The notes under the pieces were generated by a model. That model saw nothing but the letters and a program-made list of their open reading frames with translations, was not told the origin of the DNA and did no database searches. DNA of 56,739 bases, taken from the NCBI GenBank assembly GCA_002269645.1, contig NIVC01003702.1, forward strand, positions 1 to 56,739, read 5' to 3'. The translations under genes and the position numbers were made by a program. This DNA comes from Macrostomum lignano (lineage: Eukaryota). Positions 12,139 through 23,700 of the stretch are shown here, in pieces. The first letter of the stretch is position 1; every line of letters begins with the position of its first letter.

Positions 12139-13989
12139 CTAAGTCGTGCGAGCTCGCACTTGAATTAGCGGCAGTCGATGTCTTCCACCAAAATCAACGG
12201 CTTCAGAGTTTTCGCCGCGTCGGTGACCCTGCAGGCACCAGCTAGCAAGTCGCAGCAGCAGTTCCAGCAGTTCGACGATCCAGACTAGCGTAAGCCCCAG
12301 CCACATCGATAGCAACCCACCAATTTGGCTGAGCGTCGAGGCCAGAGTTCGTACTGGCTTGTCTCGCATTTGAACCACCGTGAAGTCTCGACGAGAGATC
12401 TTGAGCGTCAGAAAGCTTCGAGACACCAGACCGTGTTGCTTAACAAGCTCAGTTGCTTTAAGATTGTTGCCTGAAACAATCTGTTTTGCTACTTGGAGAT
12501 AAATTTGTTTGATTAGATTCTCTTCCATCTCAGCTTGATTGACCTTAGTTCCACCCGAATAATTGACAGCTGGTATTGTAGCGTTCCATTTCAGACCGGA
12601 TTCGCGCCACAGCTCACTCTGAAACAGATGCAGCTGCATGGACTCGCGCGGCCATCGAGCTTGAGTTGTCCAAGTGTCGAATGTCAGCGAGCTACAAGGC
12701 TGGGGACAAGCTATGCCATCATCAGTATCAAAGAGTCCCAATAGGCCGCACCGACTTCTCAGAGCGGCATGAGCCAAGCCTTCAGGCGTAAAATGGTTGA
12801 CATCGCCGTCCTGAAGGCGCTCACAGAATGCTGACGCGTTGGCCACGGAGTGAGGCAGAAATGCAAAAGTGCAACCACAGTGCCTCTCAATGTTGGCCTG
12901 TTGACGCGCTCTCTTGCACGCATCGCGGCTGTATCCGAAACTGTGACCAAGCAGACTTATGTGACTCGGAATCTCGTCTTGGCAACGTCCGTAGGGCGGT
13001 TTTAGCCTTGTCCAATTACTAGTGCTGAAACGGACTTCAGTCAGGGTGCCCGGGTAGACATTGAAACCTTCCTTGGAGATGTCGGGGAAGGTACCATTTT
13101 CGTGCAGGACCACTCGGGCCCCGGTGATCTGCGTGTTCGCGTCCATTGTGATGCAGTCGTCGCATGGCAGCCCGAGGTCGTGTCCCAAAAATAGGCGCAT
13201 CTCCATCTCAACTACGGGGTCAAGAATTTCCGAGCGCAGCGCGAACGCGTAACAGTTGAGCCGGTTCTGATCGTGCACTAGTCGCCAAAAGCCGAGCGAT
13301 TCGCAGGATGGACTGGACACGGGAGGTTCTCTCGACGGGTCCAGACTACGAACCAGCAGGTAGCAGCTGCGAATCAGATGGTCCTTAGAGAAGCCCAGGT
13401 TCGAAGGCGAATGCCCGTGCGGCAGATTGGCAAAGTAGCCATTGAGAGAAAACAGTCCAGGCAAGTAAGTTGCAACCAAACGACTTTTTTCCGACGAAAG
13501 GTTCAGGCGCTGAACACTGAATCGCGATTGCAGTACAGCGTTCCAGAACTTTCTCGGCGGTCGCCAACCGTTCTTATAGATGCGCTTCCGACCCTGAACT
13601 GACAGTGGAATCTGGTTGCACACCGTGATGGAAGGAAAGGCGGCGTCTGGACGCTCGGAGAACACAGGCATCTGGACAACGTCGTAGGCAAAGTAAAGCG
13701 AGACTATTTGGTAGAGATTCACTGAACAAGCTATTACAAGAGCGGTAACGCAGAATAGCCAAAGACAGCGTAACAGTCTTGAATCTGCTGACACAATTCT
13801 TGGTATTCCGCGAAGGCTCGTGTTCCGACAGAATCGCAAGAGAATCTCCTTGGCCTCCTCATTTTTCGTCTTCTCGTTTGTCGGGTCCAATTTAGACGTC
13901 GCTTCGTCTTCTCTGTTTTGATAGCTGACATTGGTTTTAATCTTGCTGTCGAGTTCGCTGTTAAAAGACGCTTCCGGAGCAGATGACAT
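12139..13989 (-). CDS. DEG/ENaC (amiloride-sensitive channel) family subunit, intronless, 616 aa
   Basis: FC..TSL(R)GIPRI pre-TM1, TM1, FPSITVCNQ, WTRLKPPYGRC, Cys-rich thumb (YS..AC...QQ.NI...CGC), CPQPC..ARWP, TM2 LSQIGGLLSMWLGLTLVWIVELLE. Confidence 0.95.
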   Translation of the reverse strand: MSSAPEASFNSELDSKIKTNVSYQNREDEATSKLDPTNEKTKNEEAKEILLRFCRNTSLRGIPRIVSADSRLLRCLWLFCVTALVIACSVNLYQIVSLYFAYDVVQMPVFSERPDAAFPSITVCNQIPLSVQGRKRIYKNGWRPPRKFWNAVLQSRFSVQRLNLSSEKSRLVATYLPGLFSLNGYFANLPHGHSPSNLGFSKDHLIRSCYLLVRSLDPSREPPVSSPSCESLGFWRLVHDQNRLNCYAFALRSEILDPVVEMEMRLFLGHDLGLPCDDCITMDANTQITGARVVLHENGTFPDISKEGFNVYPGTLTEVRFSTSNWTRLKPPYGRCQDEIPSHISLLGHSFGYSRDACKRARQQANIERHCGCTFAFLPHSVANASAFCERLQDGDVNHFTPEGLAHAALRSRCGLLGLFDTDDGIACPQPCSSLTFDTWTTQARWPRESMQLHLFQSELWRESGLKWNATIPAVNYSGGTKVNQAEMEENLIKQIYLQVAKQIVSGNNLKATELVKQHGLVSRSFLTLKISRRDFTVVQMRDKPVRTLASTLSQIGGLLSMWLGLTLVWIVELLELLLRLASWCLQGHRRGENSEAVDFGGRHRLPLIQVRARTT

Positions 13990-16510
13990 CGCTTTAGTTG
14001 AACACTTCAGAACTTTTAGACTTAAAATACAGACTTTTCATTTGTACTATGAGTATCGTCAAGTTTTATTGTGTAGCAGACTGTTGAGCATTTTATTCAT
14101 ACCTTCTTTTCTTTCTAGATGCGGGAACGACGGCGCGTCAATTTAAAAATCCTGCATGAGGGCTTCCAATCAGGGGAATCCCCATTGGTTCTTGAAATTT
14201 CATCTGCAGAGCTACTGCTGCATATTCTCCCCCAGCCTCCCGCATTCTACAGTCCAGTACATTTCATCCCCATCCCCTCACAAAATGCATTCAACCCATG
14301 CCAGTAAACGCTTCCTTCTCAAAGCGTTTACTTTGGCCAAAATTAATGAGTATTCAATCAAAGGCAAACAGCAGAATAGAGATTATTAATATTGCAAGCT
14401 CAGAAGTCCGACTATCTGGAGCACTGCATGCAGCATTGTCAGCCCTTCAACTCTAGGGAGAGGAGACAAGAGCATTTGTCCAAGCCAGTCTTTTGTTGGT
14501 TGTGAAACAGATAACATTAGTAGAAATTCAGGTTGTCAAGAGCATAATATAGAAACCTTGAATGAGTCTTAGAAGACTGCTAAAGAAAATTACTGATAAA
14601 ACCTGGCGACATGGACTTCTAGAAGTTATTATTTGCACAGAAATCTTGCTCCATGATCATGCGAACATATATTGTATGCAGTCCAGCCTAAGACGCGATA
14701 ACTCACTTAGCCTTGCTTGCTTAAGTCTGTCCCTCTCATAGGCACGACAATATATTTTACCACCTGAACGCATCTCATTTTCCTTTTCCCTTTTCTCCCT
14801 CGTCTCGCTTGAGTGTACTCATCAAACAAACAGACTTGATTTTGGTTTGCACTGAGGGGAACCTTCTGGCAGAAAGTCTGTTGATTTCAAAGCTGTAAAA
14901 TATTCTGAAACTAAGTTAAGCGTCACGTTGTGGTAGTAGTTGAACCTCATGGGTAAGGGGATCCCCAGATCAGTATGTTCGTAGCCTCGTACCCCAGAAA
15001 GTAGCAAAGAATTGTGTTTGAGCTTTTATGAACTATATAGACAGTTAAAACTGATAGCTGTTGAACTGCCAAGACAATGGACATTTTACCAATGCCTTGT
15101 AAGTTGATGATAAACAAATTTTCTTCTTCGCTAAAAGAGAGAGAAAGGCAGATTTTCTGACAAACCAATTGTAACAAAGTAATTATATTAAATACTTTAC
15201 AGAGAGGCAAATTTTTAGTGATTACAAAGCCTGAGAAAGAGATTCTGAGCTTATGCCTAACTTAGCTTCAAAGCAAATGCCGTCTGTCCATGGGTGACTC
15301 GAACTGCTTTGATTAAATTTGAACTACTTTAAGGTGCTTCTATGTATAATTATTAGTTGAAGATGACTCCAAACTAGTTCAATGCGACAATACTTGATGG
15401 TGACTGGCCCTTTGTGCGACTGTGCTATCGAAGTGTATCTTTAACTGTCGAGGTTGCTTCTACCAGAAGAAAATAATTTGAAGAAACCTAGCTATTATAC
15501 GTAGGTAAAACAGCATACCAGGAGAAGACAATGCAATAATCCTAAGCGAAAAAAACTCCTGTATTCCTGTGTTTTTTTGGCGCGCAGGTACTCATTTTGG
15601 AGCCCTAAAGCAAGATTATTGTTTTCTATAAAAAAGCATTGGCCTGTCCTCTCACAGCTTTTACTGAGGGGGGACACATATCCTTCCTGTTCCCCGATGG
15701 CGAAGGCCCCTGCAGTAATCTATGCATGCATTTAGAATTTCAATATTGCTATTTGAATGGCTACTGCTCCATAAAAGCAAAGCCCGAGGTCAATGGATAA
15801 AGCTCTGTCATATTCTACCTTGCATAGTCTATCGAACCCAGAGAAGCACAGCAACCCTTTAAATGCATTCCTGTGTATCCATGTTCGCATCTTATATTGT
15901 TCTGTTTACCCCTTGCCACTGTGTTGGTGGTAAACTCGTTTAAACTGCGGGTTGAGGTGGCTGGCTTGGCTGGGGTGGGTCAGTGGGATGCATGCAGGCC
16001 CAGGGTCGGTGTACTGGGGGCTGCTCAAGCGCGGGTGTTATTTATTTAGTCTTGTCTCCGCCTGTGAGTCTTTGGTTTGCTCAGATTCGCAACAATAAAT
16101 TCGTCTGCAAATTTTGGTTCGCGCAGAGGTTTGGTTTCGTGTTACCACTGTCTTGCCATTTTTTCCTTTCCCTGCGGTTTGATGATTTTCTGCTGCGAAT
16201 TTTCGTCTCTCGCGGAGATATTCGAATAGACCCTATATTTTAGAAAGCTAGCTAGACTCAGTAGCGTGCATGATGAGGGTAGAAACGCACAGTCATATTG
16301 CCGCGTGTTGAACAACAGGCCAGAGAAAATGTGCAGCAGCCTCTTTGCACAGGGTCTGTTTTCCTGCTTTTCTATAGGTCTCAGATTGTTCTTGAGAACA
16401 ATAGCTCTAGGAGTTCAAATAAAACGCCTTCTATTCAAAAGCAGGAAAAGCAGTAGTCGAACATTCCTTTTAGGCGGAGAACTTTTGCAGAGAAAAAGCC
16501 AATGTGAACA

Positions 16511-19500
16511 ATGCTGCCGATTTTGATTCTGATTGTTTTTCTGGCCGGAAGCAGTGAAGCTGCTGACACGGAGGTGAAGTCGGTGGAGTACTGCATCGTG
16601 GGCGCTGGTCCAGCCGGGCTGCAGCTGGCGTACTTCATGCAACGCGCCAAGAGGGACTACGTTGTGATCGAGAGGGCAGGCATCGCCGGCTCGTTCTTCA
16701 CGGTGTACCCGCGTCACGGCAAGCTGATTAGCATCAACAAGCGCTGGACGGACTCCTCTAACACCGAGTACACTCTGCGGCACGACTGGAACAGCCTTAT
16801 TAGCGACGATCCGAGTCTCCAGCTGCGGCACTACAGCAGCATCATGTTTCCACAAAAGGAAGTGCTCGTTAAGTACTTGAACGATTATAAAACCAAATTA
16901 GGCCTCAAAGTCGACTTCAACACCCCCGTGGCTTCCGTCGAGAAGCTCACCAGAGAGAATTTTCGCTTGAACACTACCGGTGCCAGGAACTACTCTTGCA
17001 AAGTGGTTGTTATGGCAACCGGTTTACCAAACCTACGAAAGCCAGACTTTGTGGGAGCTGAGCACACCGTCGGCTACGACAAGGTGTCCGTGAACGCGTC
17101 CGACTTTGAAGGCAAACGGGTGCTGATAATTGGTAAGGGCAACTCGGCATTCGAGACTGCTCAACACATTTACGGCAACACTCGGTTCCTGCACATGGCT
17201 GGAAGGCATGCCGTCAGGTTCGCCTGGAGCACGCACTACGTTGGAGACGTCCGAGCTGTCAACAACGAGCTGCTGGACACTTATCAGCTGAAGTCGTTGG
17301 ATGGCATGTTTGAGAGCGGTGAGTTGCGCAAATCAGCTAACTTAAGCGAGTCGTAAATGTGTTTTTGGATGCATTCCTTGAACATTTTAAGAATATGCTA
17401 TAAAGTACAGGTTTGGAGTTGCAGTCATGCGGGAGAGGCAGAAAACTCCAAGATTCCATTGCTACCTGGCATTTCAATATTTACCTAACCATCTAGAATT
17501 TGCTTAACCCTTCAGACTCTCCAGAATATAAATAAGAATTTTTAAGCCATTCCGCATCGCTAACAGTCGGTTAGGGAGAAAAAATCCTCATCGTTGAAGA
17601 GACACTTTTACTGAGGCTTGGCTATTTGCTTAGGTCACAGGTATTCTACAAAACTATGCAGTAGAATTTTATCAATCGCTTTTTTGATAAAAAACTTTGC
17701 TTATATAGCATTTTCATATCTTACACTCGTTATATCATTTATTAAATAATTTTATATTCGCAAATGGCACTCATTCAAAAGCCGGTGCGGAAATAATGCA
17801 GTAATTATTAAAGTACTCGTTGTTGCAAGTTGGCAAATCATATTCTTCTTCAGAACCTATGAGTATGAATTCTTGACAATTACAGATTCATTTTTAACTT
17901 TAAGATGTCACTTTCAAAGCACATTATTCACGTTATTCATTCCTAATATTACTATTGCCTTGACTTACCTGACAATAAGCGCCTAGCAAGGCACATCTGA
18001 ATGAAAAACTCAACAGGTTCTCTTATAGCTAGTTGATCGCCGATAAGCTTCATCGCGGGTGGTTGTTGAAAATCTATAGGCAAGCTTGCTCCAAAATCAT
18101 CCAGAATCCATAGGAATCTCCCGACGTTCAACTGGCGAGTTCTGTCTTCAACCGCCGGAGGGCAACCCTAGTGACGGTCTGGAGACCCGGATCAAGGAGC
18201 AGCAGTATTGCTACGACATTATCATTCGAGCCACCGGCTTCACCTGGGATGCTGACGTCACGGCGCCCCTGGGTCAGACGTCGACCCACCGGAAAAAGTA
18301 CCCGCGCATCTCCCACCAGTTCGAATCGTCCGATGTGCCCGGGATTTTCTACGCCGGCACGATGACGCACGGCTTGGACTTTCGCGAGGCTGCCGGCGGT
18401 TTTATTCACGGATTTCGCTACACGGCTCGAGCGTTGCATCGCTACTTGGAGAATCGTCGTCATGGAAACAAATGGCCGGGAACGCGGAGACCATTGATGG
18501 GTTTGATTGACGCGCTAGTGAAACGAATCAACGAAGGCTCTGGTACCTACCAGATGTTTTCCTTTCTCAGCGATATTGTTCTGGTGGACAAGTGAGTTTA
18601 AATGCTTTAATTATTACTATCAGTAGCGGAAGCCTCACCATAGCTTCTATGGTAGTATTGGAAAGCATGGCACCTTTTGGCTTCAATAAAGTTTCGCGCG
18701 ATTTACACCTATAGGATCGCGGTATCGCTGTAAATCCTGCGTACGACACCATTAAATCAGGTCATTTTTTCGATACCAACCTCCCTTAGCAGAATTGTGT
18801 CCGCGGGGTCTAAACAGAAATACTTTTTAGTTCTAATTTAATTGCTCGTTGGATCCTTACACTTTTGGAAAAGGATGGGAAGAGGAAAAGACAGGAGGTT
18901 CAGGAGGTTAGTTTTTTGCTCTAAATTTATCAACTTTTTTAAAACAGAGACCGAACGAGTTTCACCCTGCTAGAGGAAGTTCCATCCCGGACGCTTCACA
19001 TTCTGCCACGCATCACTGGACATCCAGTCGACGAGGGCACCGACGTGATCGTGTTCCAGTTCGAGTACGGCAAGAATTTCTCGGGCGCCAGAGCTGACAC
19101 GTTTCACGAGAGGCGTGCCGGCTGCGATATCGCTTTTGGCTACGAGTGCAACTTCTTGCACCCGGTGCTGTATCACTACAAGCGGCTGCCTAACAGTGAG
19201 CCGCTTCTCTGCTGACAGTAGTTATTGCAAAGTTCGAACCATGGGTGTATAATAGAGTGTAAAAACAGGTTCATAAGGATAAGTGGAGGAGAGAGTGAGA
19301 AAGAGCTTAGTTGAAAAGGAAAGCCTGAGAGTCTGATAACAGTCTGAGAAGGAGAGTCTAAAAAGGAGGAGAGTCTGAGAAGGACAGTCTGAGAAGGACA
19401 GTCTGAAAAGGAGGAGAGTCTGAGAAGGACAGTCTGAGAAGGACGGTCTGAGAAGGACAGTCTGAAAAGGAGAGTCTGAGAAGGACGGTCTGAGAAGGAC

Positions 19501-20397
19501 AGTCTGAAAAGGAGAGTCTGAATTGGACAGTTTAACAAAGACAGTCTGAGAAGGAGAGTCTGAAAAGAAGATCTGAGAAGGAGAGTCTGAAAAGAAGATC
19601 TGAGAAGGACAGTCTGAAAAGGAGGAGAGTCTGAGAAGGACAGTCTGAGAAGGACAGTCTGAGAAGGACAGTCTGAGAAGGACGGTCTGAGAAGGACAGT
19701 CTGAGAAGGACAGTCTGAGAAGGACAGTCTGAATTGGACAGTTTAACAAAGACAGTCTGAGAAGGAGAGTCTGAAAAGAAGATCTGAGAAGGAGAGTCTG
19801 AAAAGAAGATCTGAGAAGGACAGTCTGAAAAGGAGGAGAGTCTGAGAAGGACAGTCTGAAAAGGACAGTCTGAAAAGGAGAGTCTGAGAAGGACGGTCTG
19901 AGAAGGACAGTCTGAGAAGGACAGTCTGAGAAGGACAGTCTGAGAAGGACAGTCTGAGAAGGACCGTCTGAGAAGCAGATATTGCAAAGAATTCGTTGAA
20001 AAATGAAGAAAATTGGGGAAACTGTAAAAACCAAATAGCAGAAATAGTTGCGACATAATTTCATAATACGACCGTTCAACCGCATAAAACAGGACAGCAG
20101 ATGTTCAACGAGAGCCTGAAAACCAACAAGCTGAAGCTGCCTGAGCCTCATGCAACGCTGCATCTCATGGAGGACTTCTTCACCAACTTCCGTCAGGACA
20201 ATCACCTCGTACCTTTGGTCGCTTTCCTCGAATCCGCTCTGGGAAGGCCGCTGACGCCGCCATCTATGGAGCAGTGCCTGAGGCTGACGCTGCGTCACGG
20301 CGAAGCGCCAGAGTACTGCACCGAGGCAGCGAACAGGTGGTCCGCGGCCGAACTGATGAGCGGAGGGAGAGGCGCTACGGGCGTCTCCCGGGCTTGA
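16511..20397 (+). CDS. FOXRED2: FAD-dependent oxidoreductase domain-containing protein 2 (ERAD flavoprotein); exons 16511-17318, 18105-18591, 18948-19195, 20093-20397
   Basis: Signal peptide; IVGAGPAGLQ; YPRHGKLISINK; RHDWNSL; IIGKGNSAFE; YVGDVRAVNNELLDTYQLKSLDG; GFIHGFRYTARAL; EYGKNFSG..NFLHPVLY; HLMEDF. GT-AG phases (1, 2, 1) are consistent. Confidence 0.93.
19320..19975. repeat. 14-nt minisatellite GAGAAGGACAGTCT in FOXRED2 intron 3
   Basis: Visible, with internal higher-order duplication; source of the spurious minus ORFs 19176-20409. Confidence 0.97.
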
Positions 20398-21442
20398 TTG
20401 ATCTCGCAAGCTGCGAGCGTAATATTATTCTCCAACTTGGTTTTCATTTGAAGTTGAAAGCCAATATTAGTCTTTAAAGGCACAGACCCTATCAGAACAT
20501 AAAAGCACTTCGTTTTAATTTATGAAACTGGTGTTGGATCAATATTTACCTTCGTCTCATATTTACTTATTTTATTTAGTATTATATTGCGATACATATC
20601 ATATTTGCAAATGTGACTTAATCTCAATCATTAATTACACTCGTACCTTTCAATATAAGAAAAAATAAATCAGGATCACTCTAAAAAACATTTCTCAGAA
20701 CTGTTCTTGACTTACTGGTTGACCTGGAACTGCGCTCAAATGAAATGTATAGTTATTTTTGACAAGACACATTTTCTTTAGTATGCATAAAATATTATTT
20801 TAATCACACTGAAGGTCATAGATAGTGTTATTAAGCATCTGCGCAATAAATACAAATGGAAAAACCGCGGAATTGCCACGGTTTTTTCGGACCAACTACA
20901 TTGCTGATAAAGTGCTAGCTATCTAAAGAACGCATATAATTATGGAAGTTTTATTAGCTCCTTGTTTTAGGTAGCTAAGTGACTTCAAGAATAAAATTGG
21001 ACTTGAAACTCATCAAACTGAACTTTCGTACGTAATGTCTAAATATACTTTTACAGTACATTCAGCCTTATAAATATGCTCGGAAAAGCTGCAAGATCTT
21101 TCTCTTTTGGCTCGATTTCAATCAGTTTTTCCATCCTAAAGGATTCTGGTGCTAAAATTGGAGGATAAAATGTAAGAAATAATTGTCTTGATTGACTTGA
21201 TTTGAGTTCGTTGTACTATATTGATATTGAACCTACGTCTATTGTTGTTACAAGGACCTCTGCACAAGTTATTTCACTGGTCCTTGAGCGCTTATTGCGA
21301 AACTGTGCATTTCTGTTGCAAAGTATAACAAAGCATCAAAACTCTACAGTGCCTGGCTAAATGAGCGCTTTGAATTTACCTTTGACTTACACTTTAAGCT
21401 TTGATATGCTTTATTCAGACACTTTCTCTTCCTGCTTTTAAG

Positions 21443-23700
21443 GCCCAGAGGTAGAAAGCGTCGTCAATTAAAGTAAGTTTATTTGTTAAAAGTCAACTCT
21501 TTTTAATGGATTCAATTACAAAGCATAATTTAACTTACAGTGGTGATTCTAAGAGCCCAACAAAAGAAAGCAACACTGTAGAAGATTGTGGCGAAGAGTA
21601 AGTTCTGCTTAGCGCTTTCATTCTTGAGTAGATCGTAGTTTGAGTTCTGTAATCCCTGTGATAAAAAATATGTGCTTCAGCAATTCCAAACGAGACCCAG
21701 ACGAACTACCGTCAATTGAGCTTTACGAGCATCTGAACCAAGCTGGCATCAATGATCGAGGCGCCAGTAAACAGTGCCGAGCTGCAGACGGTCTGGAAGA
21801 TGCAACAAGACAGCTTAATTCGGATGAACGGCACTTAATCGGTTCGCTTGCTGAAGACTGGAGTTTGAGCCTCCTGACTGACCCTCAGGGAAATGGACTC
21901 GGCAAAGACAGCATCAAATGGCTGAGCTACATGATCGAGGATCAAGCTCATCTCGATGGTGATTGTCAGTGCAAGGGCAAGGCAGGACAGAGGCTACCAG
22001 TGCTAGATGGACGAGTTAAAACTTCTGGATCTATTGGTATGTGCTAAAATTTATGCAGCAAAGCCAACAATTCTTATTTAGGGACAAACACTGATATCTA
22101 AGTTAAAGAGTGAAAGTATTGAAATATTCTATTAAATAAATTTTTAGTCGATCCTGTGACGCTGAAACTTCCAAATAGTGGTTCGCGACCAAATCAGGAG
22201 ATACGCCAAGTCTACAAGTGCTGCAGCCCCCACAGGCCTGACAGAGTGCGATTGCTGCTTCCAAAAGTCCTTCCCTGTACTTCTGCTTGCACTGTTCTAG
22301 AGCTGGATACTGAATCGGGTGAATCGGGCCAACTGAAAGTGAGCTTCAAGCTGCAAGAGAAGCAGATCATGCGCAGACTGAGCACTATTCAAGGCCAGTT
22401 GTACGTGCTGCTTCTGCTCGTCTTCAAGCGTCTACTTCCAGAGGCACCAGGGAGTATCCGCAGCCTTAGGGCTTGCCACGCAAAAGCTTTGCTCTTCTTT
22501 ATGATAAGTGAGCATAGCAACGATCAAGAGAGCGCTTGGACTAAAGAGAAGCTAATCTCATTGCTGAAGGAGTCCCTTGGCCTGCTAGTAAGCTACCTTA
22601 CTGCCACCAAGACTCATGGCGATTGCATGCCGAACTTTTTCATGCCGGATGCGACACTACGTCTAAAATCTACGTCTAAAGCCGCTCGTATTGATTTTAA
22701 AAAGGAAAAACATCGCATTATTGAAAGGCTGCGTACACTCCAGAAAGATGTCTCACCGCTGCTAAATTTCGTGAAGAATCACGTCAGTGCGCGCGAATCG
22801 GACAGGGTATTCCAGTTGTTCACTGCGCTACCGATGGTGGAGCTAAATGATTTCGAAGCGTTCACTGGTGACGCCCTTCTCTATCTGCTTGTGCAACATT
22901 TGTTCAACCAGATCCCAAAGCTGCAGGTAGATGCTCGGAAGAAATTTCTTCAACACATTGAAAAGCTACGATCGCTCCCGAGCTCGTCTTCAGTCAGCAC
23001 TTGCTTGGCAATTATGGCTCGTCTCCGCCTGGATGACACAGAGAGCGCCAAAGAAAAACTGCAACAGGTCATGTGGCGACATGTGGAGCCCTGCAGATTC
23101 AACTTTCCCTGCGAAGTGGAACCAGACTTCAGCTTTCTGCCAGAGTTCACCCGGAAGCTAATAAAAATCACGCCCTACGGCAGTGGCAACATGCTGCAGG
23201 TGAATTTTCGCTCCCTGCTGATGAGTCTTCAGGCGGAGCTGCTGCCGAAAGAGCAGATATTTCTGAACGAGTGGCGCAGAGCGGTCGAGCCTGACCCAGA
23301 CATCGACGAGTTGTACGCGCTAGCTCACTACAGCAGAAATATTGAGCAAATTCGAAAATGTTCTAAGAAAATCTGGGAGCTATTAGATTGTGAGAATCGC
23401 GGTCTCGGCGATGCGCAGAAGCATTGGAGTGTCGCAAGAAAAGCGTGCTTCAATGGACTGTTCATGGTGACGATGTTAGCCGCTGCATTGGCCGCTCTAT
23501 CCAGAGTTCCCATCCTCATCAGTGATGGACCTGTCCTGGTAGGTGTAGCGGAAATTCTGATCTTCATTGTGGCTGCGTTCGCGTGTCTTCAATTATTTCT
23601 GCACACAAAGTTTGTGATCTGCCTGTTTTACAACACGCCGTCAAGATACCAATCGAATCAAAGGCTTATGCTGAGCATTTTTGCAATCTTGCCCATGTAA
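21443..23700 (+). CDS. Mab-21/cGAS-like receptor (cGLR)-type nucleotidyltransferase-fold protein with helical extension and C-terminal hydrophobic helices; exons (21443-21472, 21541-21597 putative), 21681-22036, 22148-23700; start not located
   Basis: LIGSLAE (GS..E motif), VDPV, LKVSFKLQEKQIM (WRLSF..E), LYVLLLLVFK, ACHAKALLFF (SYHLKT.LF), W..EKL, CMPNFFMPDATL (CPHYFIP..NL) occur in Mab-21 order; the 22037-22147 intron is in consistent phase 1. Confidence 0.78.

Noticed and set aside
14000-16400. Possible extra exons or a bidirectional promoter between ENaC and FOXRED2
   Set aside because: Only short, unrecognisable ORFs; no motif I can support from sequence alone
12139-23700. ENaC, FOXRED2 and cGLR as a functionally linked defence cluster (sensor, channel, redox enzyme)
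   Set aside because: Different strands and gene structures, no shared regulatory evidence; adjacency alone is not evidence in an animal genome
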